Assembly (NCBI RefSeq): GCF_036323395.1
Contig: NZ_AP028907.1
Location: 1,860,001-1,892,000 of the forward strand
Reading direction: 5' to 3'
DNA from: Pyrodictium abyssi
Lineage (GTDB): Archaea; Thermoproteota; Thermoprotei_A; Sulfolobales; Pyrodictiaceae
Length of the DNA: 32,000 bases
Shown: in pieces, positions 1 through 8,263 of the stretch
Layout: the number at the start of each line of letters is the position of its first letter
How positions within the stretch are numbered: the first letter of the stretch is position 1
Notes under the pieces: generated by a model
Seen by the model: only the letters and a program-made list of their open reading frames with translations
What the model was told of the DNA's origin: nothing
The model's database searches: none
Program-made: the position numbers and the translations under genes

Positions 1-96
1 AGGTGACGTAAGCGTCAAGACTCTTCACCTTGGCTCCATCCGGGCTAGAAGCCCAGTGATATAACGGGTTTATGCACTGAGGTTGGCTTGCCGCGC

Positions 97-921
97 CTAA
101 AGTATAATACGTGTCCCGCTACCATGCCCCATTAACGCTGCGTAGGTATTCCCTTCACGCAGCCCATTTGTCACTAGGATTTCTCTTAGAGTAAGGCATC
201 GATTAGCCCTTATTGCGTCAAGCTTCCTCTTTATACCACCAGTTACGTCTATCTTGCTACCCGTCTTCTGCTGCTCCACTATGCTGCTCTCCTCCAGCTC
301 GTCCACATGGATCTCGTCTATCACCTTTCCATCAGCGTCAATTACACCATCTACATCCGTTACATAGACGACTAGAGGGCTGCCAAGACTGCAAGCCATT
401 TCTATTGCCAACTCGTCACCGGATACTATGCACCAACTTTCCCCACACGCATAGACATCGCCATAGACTAGCGGTGTGACGCCCACCTTCATGTCGCGGA
501 GAACGCTATTCCAGTTGCATCTGGGCACTAGCCCGTCAGGGTCGCAGAAGCTGTGCGGCGGGTATACTACTGGCTTTACCCCCTTAGACGCGAGTATATC
601 CGCCATAGCGAGCACTAGCTCGAACATATACATTGTTACTAGCGTGAGCGCGTCTGCCGGTGGAGCGTCCAGCATACGCGCGCTAGAAGCAGCCACGTGA
701 CCGTAGCTACCACCTCCAAGTACTATGCCTACCTTGATGCCGTTGCTTACTGCAGCCGCTATTTCTCCGGCTATACGGTTAGCTATAGCGTAGTTTAGCT
801 TAAACGTTCTTTTGTCCGTTATTACGCTGCCTCCAATCTTTATAACACGAACTCCAGGGTATCGCCCAGCCCTGCTCCGGGTTTGCATATCCCGTATACC
901 CTCTGAAGTGATGGTGTCCAC
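97..921 (-). CDS. ipk: Isopentenyl phosphate kinase (amino acid kinase fold)
   Basis: VIKIGGSVITDK N-terminus, GGGSYGHVAAS loop with IPK-type His, YGDV...ISGDELA and TDVDGV motifs. Start uncertain; ORF start overlaps the upstream gene and an internal ATG (MQTRSRAG...) is also possible. Confidence 0.92.
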   Translation of the reverse strand: MDTITSEGIRDMQTRSRAGRYPGVRVIKIGGSVITDKRTFKLNYAIANRIAGEIAAAVSNGIKVGIVLGGGSYGHVAASSARMLDAPPADALTLVTMYMFELVLAMADILASKGVKPVVYPPHSFCDPDGLVPRCNWNSVLRDMKVGVTPLVYGDVYACGESWCIVSGDELAIEMACSLGSPLVVYVTDVDGVIDADGKVIDEIHVDELEESSIVEQQKTGSKIDVTGGIKRKLDAIRANRCLTLREILVTNGLREGNTYAALMGHGSGTRIIL

Positions 922-1700
922 TTACACTCTGCGCGGGGTGTCTCAGCACCGTAGAGGAGGTAGAATACAGCATTGTCTACCCGCTGTACTAGTCTGAATA
1001 CCTCTGCTTCTCCTTCTCTTAGCCGTTTCACGGCCTCTACCACTGCTAGCCCACTCAGCCTTGTAAGCGCCGAGAAGAGGGGTTCTTCTAGTGCCTCTGC
1101 CGCCTCTTCTCCTATGTCCTCTTCTCCGACGAGCTCGAGTTCCAGCCTTATACCGGTACTTAGCTCTATGAGTTCTTCACCCTTCCTGTATACTATACTC
1201 TTGCCGAGCATAACGGCTTCACGGAGCCCATCTATGTAGTCCAGGCCTACGCCTGCCTCCGCGTCAATACTGCTAGCAGAGTCTAGCACTTCTCGCTGGT
1301 CTAGCTCGTAGCCTGCTGCATCGGCTATGCTCTTGACTAGCGCTAGTGTTGTCGCTGCATAGACCGAGGCAGCCGGGGGATATGATACGGGTTCGCCGAC
1401 ATTCACGGTGATATTGACTTTTATGGGCTGCTCAAGCCTTGCAGATAGTGTGTCTACAAAAGACTTCACCGCCAGGTCATAGCGCCATCCAAGCCTAACG
1501 CCATCTATTCTCGTGGTGGTCGTCTCGCTCTCTTCAACGTCAACATCTATTGACACAACCGGGTTAGGTGTCAAGAGTATTATGTAGGGGTTGGTTCTGC
1601 CCGGTAGCGGCACGCCCGCAAATACTATTGCTAGTGGAAACTCGTACAATGCTAGCCTCACACCCCGGTGCCGCAGGGCATGAATGCCACGTAGGCGCAA
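840..1700 (-). CDS. Divergent mevalonate kinase-like (GHMP kinase superfamily) protein
   Basis: Position between MEMO and IPK genes as for archaeal mevalonate kinase; SIDAEAGVGLDYIDGL and C-terminal CKPGAGLGD resemble GHMP motifs, but the GEHxVxxG and PxxxGLGSSA motifs are not recognisable. Confidence 0.6.
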   Translation of the reverse strand: MRLRGIHALRHRGVRLALYEFPLAIVFAGVPLPGRTNPYIILLTPNPVVSIDVDVEESETTTTRIDGVRLGWRYDLAVKSFVDTLSARLEQPIKVNITVNVGEPVSYPPAASVYAATTLALVKSIADAAGYELDQREVLDSASSIDAEAGVGLDYIDGLREAVMLGKSIVYRKGEELIELSTGIRLELELVGEEDIGEEAAEALEEPLFSALTRLSGLAVVEAVKRLREGEAEVFRLVQRVDNAVFYLLYGAETPRAECKWTPSLQRVYGICKPGAGLGDTLEFVL

Positions 1701-1721
1701 TCCTATGCTATAGGGCTAGGC

Positions 1722-2600
1722 CTAGTATACCTGTATAGATGCATAGCCCACTACACTGCTCTTATCTCCGGCTACATCGCCGCTTGTCGCGTATCTGAGG
1801 AGTTTAGCACTGCTAGCTCCCGCTCCGCGGGCGTAGTAGAGCATCGCCATTACTGGGCCCGGTCCGCACATGCTTATACTGTGCTTCTGTATAGTCTGGT
1901 AGAGTTTCAGAGGGTCCAGCTCTAGTATAGCCTCAATAGCCAGCTTGTCTTTAGCTACTGCTACGTCGTGGGGCTCGTAGTGTGTAAAGTCGCTGCTAGC
2001 TATCACTACGATGTCTCTACCAGTCTTCTCTGCTGCCTCTAGTATGGCTTTTCCCAGGTCTTCCGCTATTTCTGGGGTCTGTTCGTACACGACTATGGGG
2101 ACTATCCGGAATCTGTCCCCGAACATGTACTGGAGGAACGGCACCTGGACTTCGACGCTATGCTCGTATAGATGGGCCTTCTCGTCGGGAGCTGCGAAGC
2201 TGCTGGCACCAACTATCGCTCGTGCAAGCTCGGTATCAACCTCTACTTCGCCTAGTGGCGTGACCCATGCCCCACCCGGGTAGACTGATACTATTTCTCC
2301 TAGCCCGGTATGGTTGGGGCCTATGATTACGTAGGTTTCAGCTGGGCCCTCAGCTGCCATCTGGAAGTAGCTATTAGCAGCTATAGGGCCACTGTACATG
2401 TAGCCAGCGTGGGGCACAACAAAGCCCTTGCTTAATGGCTGTCTCTCATCGCTTACTACGGGGAGCTTGCCCGGGCCTAGAGGGTGGCGAAAGGCCCATT
2501 CTATCTGGGCCTTCAAGGCCTCTGCGTCGGCCTCGTAGAACATGCCAGCTACTGCTGGAAGCCTTTTACCTCCTATTATACGGCCCGAGTATATAGCCAT
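1722..2600 (-). CDS. MEMO family protein (AmmeMemoRadiSam system MEMO-like)
   Basis: AGMFYEADAEAL, VVPHAGYMYSGPIAA, IIGPNHTG, HSVEVQVPFLQYM, ASSDFTHYE, MCGPGPVMAML motifs. Confidence 0.93.
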   Translation of the reverse strand: MAIYSGRIIGGKRLPAVAGMFYEADAEALKAQIEWAFRHPLGPGKLPVVSDERQPLSKGFVVPHAGYMYSGPIAANSYFQMAAEGPAETYVIIGPNHTGLGEIVSVYPGGAWVTPLGEVEVDTELARAIVGASSFAAPDEKAHLYEHSVEVQVPFLQYMFGDRFRIVPIVVYEQTPEIAEDLGKAILEAAEKTGRDIVVIASSDFTHYEPHDVAVAKDKLAIEAILELDPLKLYQTIQKHSISMCGPGPVMAMLYYARGAGASSAKLLRYATSGDVAGDKSSVVGYASIQVY

Positions 2601-2796
2601 ACCATGCCACCACAGCTTCTAGAGTGCTAGGCCCAGCACTGGCTATACCATGGAGAGGAGTAATTCTGTTCCGCTATCGGACCTGTCAGTTATACCCTAG
2701 AACCGGCAACAGAGGCACACGATACAAGGATGTTGTAGGAGAAGGAGATACGACCCAGCCTTAAAACTGCGGCTAACTTAGGGCGCCGGTCTACGA

Positions 2797-3462
2797 CTAC
2801 CGCCGGCGCACCTTGAACTCGAAAGCTTCCGGAGGCTCGGGGAGGTCCTGGTCTGGCTGTAGCTTGCCCTGCTCTCTTAGTATCTCTCTTGCTAGTATCC
2901 AGTATGTCAGTGCCAGGCTCCTCCTACCCTTGTTGTTGACGGGTATAACGAGGTCTATGTTCTCTATGCGGTTGTCGGTGTCAGCGAGCGCTACTGTAGG
3001 TATGCCCATACGGGCAGCCTCGTCAACAGCCTGGCTGTCTGCGCGCGGATCGCTTATTATCACCACGTCCGGCTCCATATACCATTCAAGGCTAGGGTTG
3101 GTGAATGTACCCGGCAGTATCCTGCCGGTTAGGGCTTTACAGCCTAGGTAGGTGCAGAACTTTTGCACTGGCCTTTGGCCGTACTGTCTAACAGACACCG
3201 CTACTATCTTTGAGGGGTCGAAACGTGCTAGGAACTTGGCGGCTACTCTGAGCCTCTCATCGGTCTTTCTTATGTCGAGTATGTACAGGCCATCCGGCCT
3301 GACACGGTATACGAACTTCTTCATGTACGCCGTACATATATGCGTACCTATGTGCATGCCCGCAGAGAGGTAGCGCTCTAGGGGTACTAGCAGCTCAACA
3401 GTCCTACCGCCAATCTCCACCTGCTGACGGCCCAGCTCCTGGCTCACAACCATACACCCCAC
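2797..3462 (-). CDS. rpsB: 30S ribosomal protein S2 (uS2)
   Basis: [69 protein letters not shown]. Confidence 0.97.
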   Translation of the reverse strand: MGCMVVSQELGRQQVEIGGRTVELLVPLERYLSAGMHIGTHICTAYMKKFVYRVRPDGLYILDIRKTDERLRVAAKFLARFDPSKIVAVSVRQYGQRPVQKFCTYLGCKALTGRILPGTFTNPSLEWYMEPDVVIISDPRADSQAVDEAARMGIPTVALADTDNRIENIDLVIPVNNKGRRSLALTYWILAREILREQGKLQPDQDLPEPPEAFEFKVRRR

Positions 3463-3535
3463 ACGGCCTGTGCATGTTTAGAGGCTAATATAAGCCTGGC
3501 AGCTCTGGAGGAAGATTCAGACTGCCGAAACCACA

Positions 3536-3736
3536 TTACAATACACGTTTGAATCTGCGAACTTCGTATATCGCGGGCACATGGGCTAACAGCATCTTTC
3601 TGCAGCAATACCTCTTGATGCCAAGATCGTCTAGCACTTTGCCTGGCTCTTCACCGTTTTCAACACGCTTACGGAACTCTTCCCAATAATGAGCGAGAGG
3701 AGAACCGCAGGTAAAGCAGCGAACCGGTATTATCAA
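3536..3736 (-). CDS. rpoN: DNA-directed RNA polymerase subunit N (RPB10-like)
   Basis: [21 protein letters not shown]...[19 protein letters not shown], canonical RPB10 zinc motif. Confidence 0.98.
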   Translation of the reverse strand: MIIPVRCFTCGSPLAHYWEEFRKRVENGEEPGKVLDDLGIKRYCCRKMLLAHVPAIYEVRRFKRVL

Positions 3737-3742
3737 TACACG

Positions 3743-4207
3743 TCACCTGTAGCTCTTCTGCCAGCGCCTCCTAGCGCTCCTCCTCATTGGCTTCTCTGGC
3801 TCTGTCTGCCTAGGATCGCCAGCAAGCATAGATCTGTCATACTCCTCGTATATCTTGCGTAGCTCTTCGCTGCCTGTGTATGCTACTAGCCCTCTTGCTA
3901 TAGCCATCCTCACTGCATCCGCCTGGCTCATGTAGCCGCCTCCGCGGACATTAACACGTATGTCTACACTGTTGGCTATCTCCTCGCCTGCTAGCAGTAG
4001 GGGCTCCATCATCTTCCAGCGAGCCATCTCTATAGGCCATATCTCAATCGGTACACCGTTTATCCATACACGGCCCTTGCCAGGCTTTATCACGGCCCTA
4101 GCTATGCTGGTCTTCCTCTTGCCGCTGGAGATGACTATCCTTATCGGCTTCTCGGCCTGCACGTAGGCGCCGAGAACCCTAGGTGTCTGGACTGTTTCGC
4201 CTGTCAA
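3743..4207 (-). CDS. rpsI: 30S ribosomal protein S9 (uS9)
   Basis: SSGKRKTSIARAVIKPGKGRVWING; GGGYMSQADAVRMAIARGLV; C-terminal RRSARRRWQKSYR. Confidence 0.97.
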   Translation of the reverse strand: MTGETVQTPRVLGAYVQAEKPIRIVISSGKRKTSIARAVIKPGKGRVWINGVPIEIWPIEMARWKMMEPLLLAGEEIANSVDIRVNVRGGGYMSQADAVRMAIARGLVAYTGSEELRKIYEEYDRSMLAGDPRQTEPEKPMRRSARRRWQKSYR

Positions 4208-4716
4208 GGCCTAGTAGCCACCCCCTTCCATCCGAGTCTCTGAGCGAGCTCGCCTACGCGTATAAACTTGTGACCCAGCCTCTTTGCGTCAGCGAACTCG
4301 AACTTCTGGAACTTCTTATTGCTTAGCTCTTCCGGCACACCTATGTATACACGTAGGCGGCGCGCAGCCTCACGTCCCTTCTGTTTGCTCTTAGGCAGCA
4401 TACCGAGGACCGCCTTACGGACTATGGCTATAGGGCTACGTGGCCGGTGTGGAGCCCACTTGTAGGGGTTCACGTGGACCTTGAGCTCCCACCATATACG
4501 GTAGCTCTTGATAACCATATGTGGGTCGCCGCTCACTACCGCCTTCTCCGCGTTGACTATGTAGACACGGTAGCCCTCCAGCAGCTTCTTTGCCACCTCA
4601 GATGCAAGCCTGCCCAGTACCTGGTCAGTCGCATCAATGTAGAGCACTCTTTCAGGAGGCCTAGGCGCCACGACCTTAGCCGCCATCTCTAACGTCCCCC
4701 ACCGCCCACGTTTCAT
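4204..4716 (-). CDS. rplM: 50S ribosomal protein L13 (uL13)
   Basis: YIDATDQVLGRLASEVAKKLL, VVNAEKAVVSG, HRPRSPIAIVRKAVLGMLPKSKQKG. Start may be internal (MAAKVV...). 4-bp overlap with rpsI. Confidence 0.96.
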   Translation of the reverse strand: MKRGRWGTLEMAAKVVAPRPPERVLYIDATDQVLGRLASEVAKKLLEGYRVYIVNAEKAVVSGDPHMVIKSYRIWWELKVHVNPYKWAPHRPRSPIAIVRKAVLGMLPKSKQKGREAARRLRVYIGVPEELSNKKFQKFEFADAKRLGHKFIRVGELAQRLGWKGVATRP

Positions 4717-4725
4717 GGACTAAAG

Positions 4726-5097
4726 TCATATTATGATTTTCACTCTGCTGCCTCGTGGATTCTCCTCTATAAGCTGGAGTATGTGCACTGCTTTGCCTCC
4801 TGCAGCACGTATCTTCTCTACTGCCTGCCTGCTGAACCCGAGAGCAGCCACCGTTACAGGATGGTCTATACTGCCGGCGCCAAGCACTTTGCCGGGCACG
4901 ACGACGACGTCGCCGCTCTGCGTGTATCGGTTTATCTTACTGAGATTCACTTCTACGCGTAGCCGGCGTGGCCTATCGATTAGCTCTGCTACATACTTCC
5001 ATATAGGCGCGTTATTCCTGTTTGCAGCGCTCTTTAGCGCGCGTATCGTCTTTCTTACTATTATGTTTGTTGGCCCGGTTCTCTTCGTAGTCTGCAT
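4726..5097 (-). CDS. rpl18e: 50S ribosomal protein L18e
   Basis: KRTGPTNIIVRKTIRALKSAANRNNAPIWKYVAELI; RREVNLSKINRYT-like; VVPGKVLGAG. Confidence 0.96.
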   Translation of the reverse strand: MQTTKRTGPTNIIVRKTIRALKSAANRNNAPIWKYVAELIDRPRRLRVEVNLSKINRYTQSGDVVVVPGKVLGAGSIDHPVTVAALGFSRQAVEKIRAAGGKAVHILQLIEENPRGSRVKIII

Positions 5098-5113
5098 GGA
5101 TGCTCACCCGGCG

Positions 5114-5953
5114 TTACCCTTCCTCCCGGCGTAGACGCGCTATCTCTGAGAGTAGGTTTTCAGCCTTCCTCACAATGGCTCGCGCTGCTTCACGCACAAT
5201 CTCCTCCGGAGGAAGAGCACCGGTAGACTCTATTTTCAGTAGAAACTGACTATCGTCAAAGCGTAGCTGGACAGCGTCACCACAGCGCTTTGTTGTACAC
5301 CAGTAGAGTGCCGAGGTGTTTATGTCCTCAGTTATCTTTAGTTCTCCCTTGCCCAGCTTTTTCATCTGCTCAGCTATCCACGGGTATGCAGCCTCTATAC
5401 ACTCAATGCACTCTTTGCTCGCCTTTTCCAGGTCAAAGCTAAGTATCGGGAGATACTTGTGGGCTGCTATGCTTACAGGCATCCATTTCGCGTGCTCGCG
5501 GCCGTAGCCTAGCCTCGCATAGGCTTGCAGCCTTAGCCTCTGGTCGGGAGCCATCACCACTATCGGTATATTGTCGTAGGCTGGCCTCACATCGGGATCG
5601 CTGCTCTCCAGGTCGCCGCTGTACACTATGCGTTCCTCCCTTGGGCCCGTTTCAACATCCAGGCGGAGTGTCACATAGCAGTCTGGGTCACCAAGCTGCG
5701 CATTGGCGCACTCTTCTGGGCTCTTATACTTCTTCAAAGCTTCGCTACTCGTGAGCGGTATCAATCCAAGCCTGTGAGCTATGATCTCATCGTAGAGCAC
5801 TGTATTGTTGTCAAACACCTCAACTATGTCCACAGCCATAACCGGTACATCTATGTAGCATGCACGCCTTATTGCATTCACGAGGGGGAGCGATACACCC
5901 TTTATTGCTATTCTGAGCTTATTGCCGGCCTTTTCGAGTATGCATATCTCCAT
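5114..5953 (-). CDS. rpoD: DNA-directed RNA polymerase subunit D (RPB3/alpha-like)
   Basis: PLVNAIRRACYIDVPVMAVDIVEVFDNNTVLYDEIIAHRLGLIPLTS; insert domain with CIEC and CTTKRC cysteines. Confidence 0.97.
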   Translation of the reverse strand: MEICILEKAGNKLRIAIKGVSLPLVNAIRRACYIDVPVMAVDIVEVFDNNTVLYDEIIAHRLGLIPLTSSEALKKYKSPEECANAQLGDPDCYVTLRLDVETGPREERIVYSGDLESSDPDVRPAYDNIPIVVMAPDQRLRLQAYARLGYGREHAKWMPVSIAAHKYLPILSFDLEKASKECIECIEAAYPWIAEQMKKLGKGELKITEDINTSALYWCTTKRCGDAVQLRFDDSQFLLKIESTGALPPEEIVREAARAIVRKAENLLSEIARLRREEG

Positions 5954-6107
5954 GGCTGTTACCTCTTATTTGCCTGGTCTAGTCACGCCCGAATTCTAAT
6001 AGCATTTTGAGCCGCGTTACCCGGTAGCGATACAACGGCAGAGAGGTGGAGATCCGAGAAATAGTGCATACAGGGTAAGCTGTAGCTGTGTTGAGGACGA
6101 TGCTGTC

Positions 6108-6509
6108 TTAGACGCGGCGGCCTCTTCTACCGCCAGGCCTGCGCGTAGTATCGTGTGGTATTGGCGTCACGTCCTCTATCCTGCCTATGATGAAGCCTGC
6201 TCTTGCTAGTGCACGTATTGCTGCCTGAGCGCCAGGGCCCGGCGTCTTGGGCCCATGGCCGCCGGGTGCACGTACCTTTATGTGGAGCGCAGCAATGCCT
6301 TTCTCCATTGCCTGCTGTGCAGCCCTGCTAGCTGCGAGCATAGCCGCGTAGGGGCTCGGCTTCTCTCTGTCAGCCTTTACCACCATTCCACCGCTAGCAC
6401 GTGCTACTGTCTCAGCACCCGTTAGGTCCGTTATGTGGATTATTGTGTTGTTGTAGCTAGAGTATATGTGAGCAACCCCCCACTTTATCTCACGAGCAGA
6501 GAACGCCAT
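6108..6509 (-). CDS. rpsK: 30S ribosomal protein S11 (uS11)
   Basis: [25 protein letters not shown]; [22 protein letters not shown]; GRRGRRV C-terminus. Confidence 0.98.
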   Translation of the reverse strand: MAFSAREIKWGVAHIYSSYNNTIIHITDLTGAETVARASGGMVVKADREKPSPYAAMLAASRAAQQAMEKGIAALHIKVRAPGGHGPKTPGPGAQAAIRALARAGFIIGRIEDVTPIPHDTTRRPGGRRGRRV

Positions 6510-6551
6510 TCCTCCTCACCCTGAACCTACAACCTTTACATCATGGATTAT

Positions 6552-7097
6552 TTAGACAGATTCCATGGATTCTTCGGATTCACTGCCAGCTTCCTTAGCA
6601 CGCTTGGCGAGTGGACTTGTTGGTGCATAGTCTACTAGGTCTTCCTCGTCACGCTTTACGAGGTAGCCTGGGCTCCTTATTCTACGCCCAGCTATAGCTA
6701 TATGACCGTGCACTATTAGCTGGCGGGCCTCGTGTATGGAACGGGCTAGACCCTTCTTGTAGACTATTGTCTGTAGCCTTCTCTCTAGGAAGTGCTCCGC
6801 CGTTAGACCGAGTACGTCGTCGAGGGTCGCGTTCTCAGGGAGCACGCCCAGCTGGTGGAGGCGCGACAGTAGCGCCTTTTCCTCCTTGGCTCTTACCTCA
6901 GGGGGCAGAGCTAGTAGGCCACGCGCACGGTGGCGGAAGTACCTGGCAAGAGTCTCAAGCTTCCATAGCTCCTTCTTGTTACGAAGACCATACTTGCCCA
7001 TTAGGTCTATCTCGCGGAGCAGACGCTCCTTTATCCAGGGGTGCTTAGGACCCTCCCACTTTTTACGAGGCTTCTTAGGGTCGCCCATGAGCGCCAC
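6552..7097 (-). CDS. rpsD: 30S ribosomal protein S4 (uS4)
   Basis: [10 protein letters not shown]; S4 domain [45 protein letters not shown]. Confidence 0.97.
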   Translation of the reverse strand: MALMGDPKKPRKKWEGPKHPWIKERLLREIDLMGKYGLRNKKELWKLETLARYFRHRARGLLALPPEVRAKEEKALLSRLHQLGVLPENATLDDVLGLTAEHFLERRLQTIVYKKGLARSIHEARQLIVHGHIAIAGRRIRSPGYLVKRDEEDLVDYAPTSPLAKRAKEAGSESEESMESV

Positions 7098-7117
7098 CCC
7101 GGGCTAGTTTTCTAAGG

Positions 7118-7540
7118 CTACTTGCGCCTCTTCACACCAACAGTCATGCCTATACGGCCGGTTGTAGCCGTCCTCTGGCCGCGCACCTTGAGGCCGAGAG
7201 CGTGGCGTATACCTCTCCAGCTCTTAATCCTCTTCTCCCTCTCAATGTCCTTCTTGACGTAGTAGATTAGGTCAGCGCCTACCAGGTGTAGGTCCTTACC
7301 GGTCTCGTAGTCCTTACGCCTATTAAGCATCCATGCCGGGATGCCTATGGCGCTAGGGTTGGCTATAGCATTCTCTATCTTCTCCACCTCCGCATCGGTT
7401 AGGAATCCTATTCTCTTGTTCGGATCGATGCCCAATAGACGGCACAGAGCATATGAGAAGTTTATCCCGACGCCCTTTATGAGTGCCAGACCGTACACTA
7501 CCTTTAGGTCGCCTGGTATGTCTGTACCCATTATTCTCAC
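7118..7540 (-). CDS. rpsM: 30S ribosomal protein S13 (uS13)
   Basis: IPGDLKVVYGLALIKGVGINFSYALCRLLG; WRGIRHALGLKVRGQRTATTGR. Confidence 0.97.
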   Translation of the reverse strand: MRIMGTDIPGDLKVVYGLALIKGVGINFSYALCRLLGIDPNKRIGFLTDAEVEKIENAIANPSAIGIPAWMLNRRKDYETGKDLHLVGADLIYYVKKDIEREKRIKSWRGIRHALGLKVRGQRTATTGRIGMTVGVKRRK

Positions 7541-7666
7541 GATGTACCTATACTGCTCGCTCAGGCCAGCTCACCTCTGCCCCGTCTCCCGCGCAGAGAA
7601 TCCCCGCTCACCCGGCTGGATAAACCCCTCTATAAGTAGCGTTGCCTCAGCCGCCACGGTATCACG

Positions 7667-7707
7667 TCAGCGCCCCCAAAGGGCTCATATGGGCAAGTCC
7701 TCATCAC
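7667..7707 (-). ncRNA. Possible C/D box-like sRNA (very tentative)
   Basis: Minus strand reads cg-GTGATGA-GGACTTGCCCATATGAGCCCTTTGGGGGCG-CTGA-cg: perfect C box, CTGA D box, but only 41 nt and no clear D'. Confidence 0.15.
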
Positions 7708-7792
7708 CGGGCCAGGCACTGGCCAGCCTATGACATGCCCACAAGTTTCTCGGAGAAACTGCGAGAGGTGAAGAGGGCGTGGACCGGGCGGC

Positions 7793-7867
7793 TGGTGCCG
7801 CCGCGGGGATTCGAACCCCGGACCGCCCGGTCTTCAGCCGGGCGCTCTCCCGCTGAGCTACGGCGGC
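7793..7867 (-). tRNA. tRNA-Phe(GAA), CCA encoded
   Basis: Cloverleaf: acceptor GCCGCCG/CGGCGGC, anticodon stem CCCGG-CTGAAGA-CCGGG, T-arm GGGGTTCGAATCCCC, CCA at 3' end. Confidence 0.95.
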
Positions 7868-8057
7868 ACCGTGTATAGAAGCCACCGTGGCCAGGGGCTC
7901 TTAAGGCTAACCATTCATGGCGCTGCGAGAGGACTAGTCTCAGCTTTTCCGGCTCTCTTCATCCCTCATCCCGAGGTCAAGAGACCCTCTTCTCAGCACA
8001 ACCCGGCATCAAGGGTTATAATTACTCCCGCTTTTAGAGTGATGCCTATGTGGGGGC

Positions 8058-8136
8058 GCGGCGGTCGTCTAGCCTGGACTAGGACGCCGGCCTTCCAAGC
8101 CGGTGATCCCGGGTTCAAATCCCGGCCGCCGCACCA
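8058..8136 (+). tRNA. tRNA-Gly(TCC), CCA encoded
   Basis: Acceptor GCGGCGG/CCGCCGC, anticodon stem-loop CCGGC-CTTCCAA-GCCGG, T-arm CCGGGTTCAAATCCCGG, ACCA end. Confidence 0.95.
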
Positions 8137-8263
8137 AACCATAATCCAGCGCCTCTATCCACATCGGTTCCCGCTTGCCGTGTCCCTTGTTCTTCTACCT
8201 CTTCTACCCATACTTTCGCCTCTCAGTATACTGCAGGCTAGGAGCCGAGGACCCGGGAAGAGT

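Noticed and set aside
2011-5507. Plus-strand ORFs opposite MEMO, rpsB, rpsI, rplM, rpl18e and rpoD
   Set aside because: Fully antisense to well-identified conserved genes.
7642-7885. ORFs 7642-7878 (+) and 7685-7885 (-)
   Set aside because: They overlap tRNA-Phe(GAA); the typical 'PPRGFEPRTARSS' string is the translation of a tRNA T-arm.
7871-8263. 5' extension of the 607-aa ORF (7871-9694)
   Set aside because: It reads straight through tRNA-Gly (8058-8136) and gives low-complexity, non-protein-like sequence, so the HerA-like gene is taken to start at an internal ATG.
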